Of a stretch of 64,000 nucleotides of DNA, positions 12,690-24,100 are shown piece by piece. This DNA is from Selaginella moellendorffii (Eukaryota > Plantae > Lycopodiophyta). The stretch spans positions 4,346,466-4,410,465 of the forward strand of contig NW_003314263.1 of NCBI RefSeq assembly GCF_000143415.4, written 5' to 3'. The stretch's first letter is position 1; every line of letters begins with the position of its first letter. The position numbers and the translations under genes are program-made. The notes below the pieces were generated by a model that made no database searches, was not told the origin of the DNA, and saw only the letters and a program-made list of their open reading frames with translations.

Positions 12690-13090
12690 CTTGCTTGACA
12701 TTCTGCGCGTAGGAGATGTATATGATAGATCGGAGGGGCGAGTTGCCTTTTATCAGGCGGACAATTCTTGTCTTGAAGACTTTCTTCACCTCCTCGCCCA
12801 CCATAATATCCACAACTATCTCTTGCATCGCCAAGCTAGAATGCTGCCCGGAGACGGCATAGAACCGGATGTTCTGATCGTCCAACACCTTCCTATTGAT
12901 CAAGTCTGGAAACCTCGTCTCGCCCTTCATTGTTCGGTAGTAGGGGATCACGTCTGCAATGTCGGGTGTTACTGGACTTGCCAGCATCTTCTGCTTCAGT
13001 TTCTCCACCCACTCATCAGATACTAGCCTGTGGTTGTATTTGCTTTGGATGTCGATACGGCTCACATCGATTGTATATACTTTGTTGGAA
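12690..13090 (-). other. ParB/Sulfiredoxin-like domain of the cargo protein
   Basis: YTIDVSRID...NHRLVSDEWVEKLKQKM...FYAVSGQHSSLAM matches the ParB N-terminal pattern (R...V..L...m ... Y/F-x-hh-x-G-x-H-x-x-x-A). The canonical Arg after His is Ser here. Confidence 0.6.
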
Positions 13091-14119
13091 TAGTAACAAG
13101 TACTATTATCTGCAACGATTTTTGCTGCCTCTTCTTGCTCTTTCTGCTCTTTGCGGCTCTTCTTTTTGGTGGGTGTAGTGTTCGAACCCGAGGCAATGGC
13201 ATCACTAAGTAGCTTCTTTTTTGGAGCAGGAGAGTCGGACGTCGGCTTGAGCTTGACCACCCTTTTCTGCTTCGGGGTAGTTTTTAGATCGACCCCTTTC
13301 CCCTTCGCTTCGCGAACTGGAGGCACTCTCAACGGCTCAATGTTGGAATATAGTTTTTGAACATCGCCGTAGGTGAGGTCCGTGGATTCCATGTGATCTT
13401 CATAGACCCACAGCGTCTTTGAAATTGTGGGCCTCCTGGACAACCTCTCCCTAGCTCCCTCTAGGAATTCCTCATAGCCGCTGCCCCCCTCTGGGAAGCC
13501 GCTAGGATGTGCAAGGTGGATCTTGAAGGCGGACGCTGTCTTTACCACAAGTGCCAGTCCATATTCTTGCATGGAACTGCATGGAGTGTCTGTCACTTGG
13601 ATGAGGATCCCCATGCATTCTTTTCTCCCACCATCTGTGTTGTACAGCCTCAGATCCTCGCCTTCCATCCCGAAAGTCCAACTGGTGAGCTCCTCCCCCT
13701 TCTCTGCATCCACATTAACAGTGGCTGGAAGAAGAACGCAATTCCTCGCCTGTTCAGAAATGCACAACAATTAGAGCTGACAAATGAAAAGCTAGCAGCT
13801 GGAAATAACGTGAGGCCACACGCCATTCACCACTGCATCAGATGTCTTGAGGCTGCATCCTAAGATGGCGTGAGGCTACACGCCATCTGTAACCGGACTA
13901 CACTCGAGAGCCCAATCGGTGCATGCCAATGTTGCTACTGAATGGCATGTGGCCTCATGCCATTTTCTACTTGGCCTAAAAGACTTACCATTTGAAGCCG
14001 AATGGAGGCGTGACAATCGAGGCCGGACTCGCTGGCGAATGTGCACTGTGTGTGCAGCGGATCGTAGCAGCAAGGCTACTCTGCCACTTACAGTTGGAGA
14101 GTGGCGCTGAAATCTCCCA

Positions 14120-14560
14120 GGACGCCAAGTGGGCTGCGTGTGGGTGGCGGAGTGGGCGGCGGAGTTGGCGGCGAAGTTACAAACTGGGTGTGTCTTGAAG
14201 TGGATGCCGATGCACACGAGCGCGATGCGAGCGCGAGTGTGATGCAAGCGCGAGTGGATGCCGATGCACACGAGAAACCTGTAGAGAAGGTAGATGAGCG
14301 CGAATGTGAGCGTGATCGCGAGTGGGAGCGCGATGCGAGCGTGAGTGTGCGAGCTCGAGTACGAAGCAAAATGCAAAACCTAACCTCACACGCGCGAAAT
14401 GTCACGACGGTTGGTAATCCCGCCACATCATCATTCCTCGGACTTGGGCGCCACCATTAATTTCTGGATCGCCGCGTGCATGCATGCACGTGAAATCCAA
14501 AAGAAATCCGCAACGTCATCATTCCTCGGACTGCATGCACGCGAAATCCAAAAGAAAGAT
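14120..14560. repeat. GC-rich short direct repeats upstream of the cargo gene
   Basis: Duplicated GATGCCGATGCACACGAG, GAGCGCGATGCGAGC, TCATCATTCCTCGGACT and CACGYGAAATCCAAAAGAAA. Confidence 0.6.
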
Positions 14561-15854
14561 CATGATTGGGATATCATTTAATACCCTCACTATATTTATA
14601 CCATGCATGATTGGATATTCCAAAGCATCTTGTATTTCCAAAAATGCTAGATGTTCAGCTAAATAAAGAATGGTATACAATGTCCTTCTTGATGACCCTG
14701 CAAAGAAGCATCTCGATCGGACACCATATGAGACCACACGAGCCTTACAATGTTTCAGGGGCATTTGCCATAGATCCAACCGTTATTTTGCTCCAAGATT
14801 CTACAGTTTGGTGTGCATTGACCTTTCCATCAACATTGCAAAGGGACATCACAATTAGATGCGGGATCACAAGAAACCAACTTCACTAACTCTGGTTTCA
14901 CCAAGATCTACGTAAGGAGTTATGAAATGAAAGGACCCTCTCTATTGAAATGTGTTTATGGTCCTAGGGGCATTGTGACATATCAAAGGATTTTGCATCA
15001 AGTTCTGTATTTGCATGTTTATCAAGCTACTGAATTGCTAAACCCTAAACCTTAAACATGTGGCAAATGCTGCGTGAAGAAAGATGCCTTTTCTGGGCAA
15101 ATGCTGTAAGAGGCAGATGCCGAGCAAATGTATCTCAGGCTAGCGAAGGGGATAAACGAAAGCTAGCTATAAACATGACGGGATGCAAATAAATTACTAG
15201 GCTGGTCCTGCGAAAATCAAAAACCATAATTGAAAACATTGAAAATGCATAAAGAAAGGTTTATAATATTTTTGAATTTTAAGCAACCAAAGGAATGTAA
15301 GTAGGGCATGTGTTTGTAAGTTTAAAAATGCCTCAACCACTTAAATTCCCAAGTAAATAAAGCTGTTTCTATTTTTGGTACAGATAAACTTTATAGGGTG
15401 TGGGCTTATGCAATTTTGAACCCAAAAATGCACCAAAAAATGCTCGACTAGCATTATTCTTTGAATGGCATGTGGCCTTATATTGCCATAAATGGACGTA
15501 CACACACAGCATAATTATTCCTTTACACGGTGAATAATCTTGGCGCGGATCGCTGACATGGCATGGCAAAGTTCGAATCACTGACATGGCACAGCTGGAT
15601 CGAGGCAAGGACATGATGTGACAAAGTTCAACCTCCGACAGCAAAGTCTAGAAGCTACTCTGTTTGAAATTTGTCAGAGGAATCATAAGATCTAGTTTGT
15701 CAGAGGATTTGATGTGACGTTCATGCGTGTGTTATTTTTGAATTCTCAAACTCATTCCTAGGTCTATCATTTTTGTGCGCCGTGTTTTTGGTTCCGCTGA
15801 GCGCAGTGAGCGCTGCTTGTGTAAGCGGCGTTGTGAGCTGTGGTTTATGCGTCT

Positions 15855-15990
15855 ACGAGCGGTTGCGGCATTGCGAGCGCCATTGCGAGCGGCAGTTTAT
15901 GCGAGTGGCAGTTTGTGCGAGCGGCACAACGAGCAGTTGTGGTATTGCGAGCGGCACTACGAGTAGTTGCGGTGTTGCGAGCGGCACTTT
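15855..15990 (+). repeat. TGCGAGCGGCA-like tandem repeats upstream of the transposase
   Basis: About 7 imperfect copies, some with 30-bp periodicity. Confidence 0.6.
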
Positions 15991-16350
15991 CTTTGGTGTG
16001 GCTACCACTTCCTCTTGATATTCGGCACTTGTGCTTCCTGGTATGTTCACCATGGAATGGCTTAAGACCACATTTAGAAATGGCATGAGGCCACATGGCA
16101 TCTTGGGCCCTTGCAATTTCATGGCTAGCGTATTGTCATGTATGTTTTTACTTGCCTGCAGCTGTGTGTATATCAATATGGCATGAGGCCTCATGCCAAT
16201 TTTGTGAATGCGAAATTTCACGTGGGTGTCAATAGCATGTTTGAATAATGGCATGTGGCCTCATGCTATTGAGGTTGTTTGGTATGTTATGATTTAGGCC
16301 ATTCTCCAATCATTTTTTGTATGGTCTTAACTTCTTTTCTGCACTTTCAG

Positions 16351-19240
16351 AATGGCCTCCGCAAGTGCGACGCATGTTATCTTAAGAACCGTGCTACATG
16401 GATTCAGGCAAAGGTGTTTCTAAACAACCCCGAGGGGGAGGTGGTAGCTGAGGGCTTAGCCACAGTTGTCGATCCAAGAGATGCGGTTGCTAATCAAGAA
16501 TTGGGCTGGGATGATATTGGAGTTGCGATTTTAGAGGTTGTTGACACAGAAGAAAACAGTCTGACTATTGGAAGCATTGTGCGGTGGAAATTGAGGCACT
16601 TAGTGTTTGAGAATGTGAAGGATTCACAATCAAACACCACTACAACTAATGACAGAACATCTCTTCATGGGAAAAGAAAGTACACCTTCCTAAAGTGCAG
16701 CGAAAGGGATCTGAGCAACGAACCGAAAAGGCAGAAAATGACGATGGAGGTTCGAATGGTCTCGACAGTTGCTTGTTGCAAGAGGAGGTGCTGTCAACAT
16801 GCTGATTGGGATGCTATTGAAGAGGAGAGAGCAAGATACAAAACGTTGTCCTGGAAGGCAGCTCGCAATTTTGTGTATGAGGCATTACGGTCATCTGTTG
16901 ATGCTTCAAAACATCAGGTGGGGGGCATGGTCTTCCAGAGGGGTTTGGTCTGCATGAAGGCATGGAGAATCATTTATGGAGTCCCTCGAACCACATTCTA
17001 CAGAATCAAAACTGAGTTCGAGGAACAAAGGGTTCAATAGGCAGTCCATGGGAACGACGGTACTCACAAAACCAGGGGTCATGTTGTATATGGAGAGGCA
17101 ATCTTCAAGAGGTTTGTCGAGACATGTAGCGAGCAGCAACCACATAAAACCCGCCTCTTGGAAGATGGAACTCGAGACACCCAACGAGTTCTCCCTTCCA
17201 TGTATACCAAGGGGGCCATATTGGAAGATCTGAATCGGGAACTTCAGAGTAATGGCTATAGGAAGCTGAGCCAATCTAAATTTAGTAGATTGTGGAGCAA
17301 CAGGTTCAGGGATGTGAGTATAGGAAAGTACTCCAGCTTTTCAAAGTGTGATGAGTGCACTGCTATCAAAATGGCTTTGTCGAAGAATTCTTGCATCGCT
17401 CAAGAGCGAGAGACGTTGGTTAGAAGGCGGCTTGACCACAACATCGAGCAGAGAAGCTGCAGGACTGCATATTATCATAACAGGATTCTCTCCATAGAGA
17501 GACCTGACTCTTACCTCTGCATCATCCACGACAAAATGGACCAGAAAAAGACGTGCTTACCTCGACTCAATCCTGCCCCCAAGGCAATCTCTTCATCCAT
17601 GCAGCTGCCTGTGTCTCTATTTGGCATAATCGCTCATGGGCATGGTGCCTAGAACTATGGGAACTTCTTTGTACCTCTATGGGGTGGCTGGGGTGCAAAC
17701 ATGATGATTGCGTCCCTAGCAAAACACTTAAGGTCTCTGCAAAGTGCGTAGACTGAGCTGAACGGCCAACCCTTGCATAAGGCCCTTGTAGATCGAACCC
17801 CATACAGGGTTCAGCTGGAGGAGGAGCAAAGGCTTGCAGTATCGCGTAGGGCCCCATGCCATCCTAGTGAATATGTTGGCCGTCAGATTGTAGGGTTATC
17901 ACGTGAGGCCTCATGCCATTCCGACGAGGCTGGTCGCCCGGTGAATGCACAGCCTCATCCAAACGAAGCAGAATCTCAAGGAAGTTCTTGTGGCCGATGT
18001 GGCCTTCCACCCCATCTTCTGCTCCAAACAGACAATGCTGGCAGTGAGAACAAAAACATGTACATCTTCGCGTACTTGGCGATGCTTATTGCCAAAGGCA
18101 TATTTGAAACAGTTACACTTGGCTTTCTCATGGTTGGGCACACTCATGAAGACGTCGATGCCATGTTCAATCACCTGGCAAAGTCCCTCCGGCGATCCAA
18201 TGTCCTCACCCTCCCACAACTCTACGATGAATTCCAAAATTGCATCAAAGGCACTGTTGAAGCTGCACTTGTGACAGAGGTTCCAGACTTTAAGGGGTTT
18301 GTAAGAGGCTACATCAGGGACGGATCCGAAACGCTGATTGGCCACTCCAAGCCTCTTCAGTTTCATTTCAGCATGCGTGACGATGCTCTAGTGATGAGGT
18401 ACAAGATGAGAGAATGGGACACAGTGTGGCTGCCAGTGGACGGCATTGAACTCTTCAAGAGAGATCCCATAACTAGGGAACCTATGATTCCTTAGGGTTC
18501 CCCATGGCCGATGCACCCGGATGGACTCAAAGACCAGGAAAGTATAGTGGCCGGGATTAGACAGCATATTGCCTTCTGGAAGAGGGGGTTGGTGTTTGGT
18601 GGAGAATCCTATTTTAAGAGGTGCAAGCCTTTGCTCGAATACTGGGAGAAGATTATATCTGCTATCCAAAATGGGCCGGTTGTATATGAAGAATTGGAAG
18701 AGTCCTTTTGGCCAGAACCTAGAGCACCAGATAGTAGCGGAACAATGTCCTCTGGAAATGCAGTGACAGATAACGATGTTGAGGATCACTATTGTGGGCC
18801 GAGGAACAAGAAGCCGGATTCAGCATTCAATCCAGTACAGGTCTGCAAAGGAATGGTCGTGCTTGTCAGACCCAGTAATAAAAAACAAATGATATGGGTG
18901 GGGCACTACATCACTGATGTAGAGGAGGACGCGGAAACTAACTCCTTCAATGTAACTGTGGAGTGGTTCAAGCCAAGTTCCGGATATACAAAGGATTGCC
19001 TAGAAAAGAGATGGGTGCTGAATCCAAGGGATCCCAGCATGAGCATATTGGTGGATAATGTTGTGCATGGTTGGATGTGGAAGCAGAGTGCCACCATCAC
19101 CTTGCCAGACCATGCAAGAGATGTAGCAAGAGCATTCATAACCCGGGTTCAAGGTGAGATTCATTAATATTCCTTTACTAAGTTTCTAATGTATTTTATT
19201 TCAAGGTGAACAATCCGAATCTGAATCAAAGGAGGCGTGA
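16351..19240 (+). pseudogene. Sola1/DUF7869-type DDE transposase with an N-terminal Tnp1/EnSpm-like and a C-terminal BAH-like segment
   Basis: ORFs 16279, 17158, 17773 and 18511 share one frame and are split only by four TAG codons. Motifs: CCKRRC, VCMKAWRIIYGV, HGN, SFSKCDEC, IIHDKMDQKK..LP, LQTDNAGSENKN, FLMVGHTHEDVDAMF. Acceptor at 16350; last intron 19154-19205; stop at 19238-19240. Confidence 0.85.
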
Positions 19241-19935
19241 TGGCATGGCGTGATGACGTGAGGCGTGACACCAAAAAGGAGGTGTCCACTAGCGCTTAGG
19301 CTTATAATGGCGTGTGCCCTCATGCCATTTACTTGATCACCAAATACCTTTTTCCCTTTGCACTAGTATATCTTAATACCGGTCTGAGAAATAGAATGGC
19401 ATGTGCCCTCAGGCCTTTTACTAAATCACCTTTGAAAGAAATGCAAGCCTCTATGTTGTAAAAAAAAGCTACTAGAGAAATTCCTTAATAATATGAATGT
19501 TATTTAGTTTCATGAAAATACACTAAGGGTCAAATGAGTTAAATGACTTCTCCAGACTAGCAATGCCTCTTGCTACACCTTCACAATTAGATTTGTTAGA
19601 AAAAGATAACATTGAATAATATCTAAATGTTCTCACCATTAAGTTATATGTCTGGCTAATAGGAATGACGTTCATCTTGGAAAGCTCACCACACGCTCAA
19701 TGAACAAACAAATAGTGTGTGCGCGCATGCCATCGCTTTTCTTTAGCTTCAGATTCGGCTTGTTCACCTTGATAATGAGATTTATTATACAACCAGATGG
19801 ACTCAGTCTGGACACAAAGTCACCGCGCTAGTCACCATGCCCCAGATATGTCTAGCCCCTGGACAAAAAACATATAATTTCACGTCATTTTCAAATACTT
19901 GAAAATTTGTACCTAGTCCCATTTTACTGAATAAA

Positions 19936-19959
19936 TCCCACTTTAACGAAATAGAGCAT
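19936..19959 (-). repeat. Right TIR
   Basis: Pairs with 3673-3696. Confidence 0.85.
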
Positions 19960-21132
19960 CTAGACACTATAGTGCACCTATCTCCTCCCTGGGTAATAAG
20001 CACTAAGATCACCGTGATATATAGATCTATGCACTAAGATCCCTGTGATCTACATGTCTATCAAATCTACAAGTCTGTTTGGCTGGCTGGGTTCTTATGA
20101 GTATGCTCAGAACCTGGGCTAGTACCAGGCCTCCCCCTCCAATGCACATTTCAAGCTTGGCATGCTTGTGGCAGCCCTCAGCTACACAAGGGAGGCCTCC
20201 AGTACTGGAACAGCCGCAACCACCTCCATCAACCCATAATTCATTAGCATGTTTGATACCTGGGTCTAGTGTAAGGAATTTTTATCAGGAGTCTGCCCAC
20301 TCCTCCCACAGACCTTTCCTCTAGACAGCCCTCACTCAAGTAACTACACTACTACAGAAAAGCATTATAATGACAATGAAAGTTTTGTGTTTGTTGGAAA
20401 TTTAAGTTGTAATTTGTGATAGCTTTTATAGTTACTCAAATTTAAGTTGAAAATTATACAACTAAAATATAAATCATAATTTGTAATTGTATATATATTT
20501 CTAATTATAATTACAGTTTAAAACTTTTAAAATATAAGTTCTTAAGGTTTGTAATTGAAAAATTTTTAGTCACAAATTTTAACAATATTTATTTCAATCA
20601 AATTACTAGTAGTAATAAAATGTGCCCATTTTTAACTCATAATTTCCTAATAAAAGGACTTTTCTTTCTTCCTCAAATCTGTATTATGCTATTTGTTTAC
20701 AATTTAGGAATGAGAATTGCATGTTAGTGTTTGAGGTATAGAGGTAATCATATTCACCTCATACAAATAATCCCAAATCATATCATCTTTATGGTAGACA
20801 TCCTTTAGCACCATATGATGTCACTAGAAGATATTCAAGGGGTTAGATTATGTAAATCTACTACTTCAATAGAACAATTTTTTTAAATTGGTGAAAGTTC
20901 TATAATTCCATATGATTGTGGTATTAATTTAAGTGGTGGTAACGATGGTGGCAATGATAATATTGAGGATAATAATATATTTGATTATTTCTCAGAATGG
21001 TTACATGGAAATGAAGACAATTTATTACCTATTTATGATGGGGCTAGTGTTTCTATTTTATCAGCTTGTTTAAGTATTCTAGATGTGTAAGTTATTACTA
21101 AGGTAATTAAGTATATTTATTATTTTAGTATT

Positions 21133-24100
21133 TGATGAAGAGGTAAATGTTTTATCTTGTGTATCTTCCCAAGTAGAGCAAAAGAAGGAAACTTAAGTAA
21201 AATAGAGTTACATTTAAGCTTATGCATCTAAAAAAAAGACTCAACCTAGTTAACATTTGTCATAAATAAGCAAAAAGCAGTTATGAATGGTTATAAAATC
21301 ATGTAGTATATAAGTAACATATAAAAATATTTTAAAAAAAACTCTCACTATTATATGCATTTGCATTGAATTAACCATTTTTTCTCCTACTTATGACTAT
21401 TTGTGTAAAGTAGAGTTAAGAGAGTAATATATGTTTATCTTTACTCATACCTTTGGGATTCAAGGTTGAGTTTTATTCTATTCTCTTTTCATTCTTCTTC
21501 TTTTCACTATGTTTTTATCTCTGTTTGTTTGTCACTATTTTGCAAGCAGGGGCAAGAACATGAGTATATGCAGAAAAAGCTTTGGCGACCATGGTAGGAT
21601 AAGCCATCACTCTTTGGCTTGAAAAACAACTAAAAGAAAATCGCTTGTGAAATTCTAAATATGCCTAGCATTAAAAATCATAAATAGATCTCTTCGGTAA
21701 TGTTATGATCCGGCGCAAAAAGACAAAGATCTAGTTGCCCTAGACTGTGCTACGCCACCTCTTGAGGTTCCTCACCACCCAACCACCCCCGAGCTACCTC
21801 AAAAGCTCCACTGTGAGCCCTAGGGTAGGTTAAGTCCCTTACCCTAACATATATACCCTTGAGCCTCCCTTTGACCGACATTGACCACGTAGTCAAAGTT
21901 GGCGCCTAACAATTCTTTCCCCCCAACAAAGTCCTTGTCCCAAGGACGAGTTGTACCGGTGATCACCCTTTCTGGGGAATCCTGCTCAAGCTCCTGGTCC
22001 ATCTTCCACAGCCATATACATCAAGGAGGCATTGGGCCCGTCACTCCGAGATAGTACACCTTTCAACTGGCTGACATAAAATACCGGATGAATTTTCACC
22101 CCAACTGGCAGCCGCACCAGATAAGCCGCTTTACCAATGCGCTCCAGCACTTCATATGGACCAGCATATCGATGGGAAAGTTTATCACTCTTCCCTGTCC
22201 GTAAAGGCACCAAGGTGTTCCGCCGCTCACTTGACGGAAAGATCACTCGCACAAAGACGAGATCACCCACCTTATATTCTCGGAATTGGCGATGCTCATT
22301 AGCAAACTTCTCCGCTCTATCTTGAGCTACTTGCAAATTCCGTTTACACACCACCAGAATCTCATCAAGTTCTGTGGCCAGATCAGTTGCCTCGGAATCA
22401 AGCTTATCTTGAACGTCCTTACTCAAATGCAATCCCAACTCCACCGCTGTTCGAGGATGCCTTCCAAACATGGCAAAGTAAGGATTTAGCTTGGTTCCAC
22501 TGTGTTGGCTATTGTTGTAAGCAAATTGCACCAACGGAAGATATAGATCCCACTGTCCTTGCCTTTGACCAATGCTACAACGTAGCATATCCTCCACCAC
22601 TTGATTCACACGCTCAGTTTACCCATCCGTCTGAGGATGATCTCCACTCGAGAGTTTCAAAGTCACTTGCATAGCCTTTGCAAAGCTTTTCCAAAATCCA
22701 CTGGTGAACTTTGAATCTCGATCACTAATGATTTCACTAATGACTAATCAAGCGAGTAAGCTTCTCAATATAATCCCCGAGCGTCATTTTCCCTTGCTGG
22801 AAATGGCGAAGTTCTGTACGAGCATTCTCCACATCGTAATGAGGGGCAAAACGTAAACAGAAAGCAGCCTCAAACTCATCCATGGTAGACACTGGTGGTT
22901 TCTTATCTGCAACACAGGACTCCTCAAGCCAATTCCACCATCGAAGACCCGCATCATGCAAAACCATCGGAATAGCCACTAAAGCCTCTACATCTGGAGT
23001 TCCTCTAGTAGCCAAGAACTTCTTCACATTGGCTAGCCAAGCGAGACACTCGTCCACACCACCATCACTGGAAAAAGTTGGAATCTTGAGTCGATCTACC
23101 AAAGAAGGCTTACTTGGAGCGCTACCCCGTCCAGCCTCGAGTGCCTCAACATGCCCACGCATGGTATCCATCATGCCATGCATCTCGTCTTGCATCTCTT
23201 GCTGATTTTTATTAAGGGCTCGTAGCTCATGAACCACATCTTGAATGGTCCAAATCTTCGCAGCTTCGTCGGCACCATCGTCGGCACCACCATCGACGAT
23301 AGAATTCCAGCGTTCAGCTTGGTCGGCCATCGCAACCAACTCCTCTGATACCAATGTTATGATCCGGCGCAAAAAGACAAAGATCTAGTTGCCCTAGACT
23401 ATGCTACGCCACCTCTTGAGGTTCCCCACCACCCAACCACCCCCGAGCTACCTCAAAAGCTCCACTGCGCCGCCGCTCCACTGTGAGCCCTAGGGTAGGT
23501 TAAGTCCCTTACCCTAACATGCCTTAATATACCCTTGAGCCTCCCTTTGACCGACGTTGACCACGTATTCAAAGCTGGCGCCTAACAGGTAACTACAAAG
23601 GCTCTGAGTTTGAATAATACTGAACAAAGAAGCTCTTTTTGCGATTATAATGGCTTAGTGCCTAGATAATGCAAGAAATATAATTTTTCAACCGTTACAA
23701 AGCATAGGATGTAACACATGTGATCATGGGATGATATTTAAATATATTGTCACCAACAAACTTTAGAGGGATAAATGGGGATGAAATAATGACTAAGGGC
23801 TCTCTCATCAAGTAATTGCCCATTTTTCAGTTGATATAAAAGAAAAAAGATAAAGTGCACTATATGTGGTGCTGGAGCAAATAGCATGGGTATTTTCATT
23901 AATTAGTGGCTACTTAAAATATAATATACACTTGAGCAAGGTATATTCCTACCCCTAAATTTGAAATCATATGTATTAAATATCTATATGTAGATCATTC
24001 CTCTTATGGAGTATCTATAGACGAAGGTATCCACCATGGGATTACGGTATGGGTAAATAACTAGTTGCCTCATATGGAATAGTTGATCTATACAATAAAA

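Larger units (their letters stand above)
4114..13991 (-). pseudogene. Transposon cargo gene, ~1,650 aa: ParB/Srx-like + degenerate MTase-like fold + acidic linker + FCP1-like phosphatase; disrupted by an LTR insertion
   Basis: Hand-built exons: 13991-13989 (ATG), 13749-12571, 12528-11639 joined in frame to 7375-6957 (IHGI|MAKKK after removing the LTR element and one TSD), 6906-6820, 6781-6692, 6642-6499, 6451-5885, 5827-5813, 5763-5656, 5608-5024, 4976-4114. Introns are GT..AG with consistent phases, except one apparently mutated donor (~6819). One in-frame TAG at 6557-6559. Confidence 0.75.
3673..19959. mobile_element. Large cut-and-paste DNA transposon (Sola1/DUF7869-type transposase) with cargo gene
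   Basis: TIRs AAGCTCTATTTCATTAAAGTGGGA (3673-3696) and TCCCACTTTAACGAAATAGAGCAT (19936-19959), 22/24 match. Both ends are flanked by CTAG (3669-3672, 19960-19963), so the TSD is CTAG, or TA if the TIR starts one base earlier. The element encloses a transposase and a divergent gene. Confidence 0.85.

Noticed and set aside
13876-14460. Several overlapping ORFs
   Set aside because: GC-rich repeated promoter/5'UTR and intron sequence with no recognisable domain.
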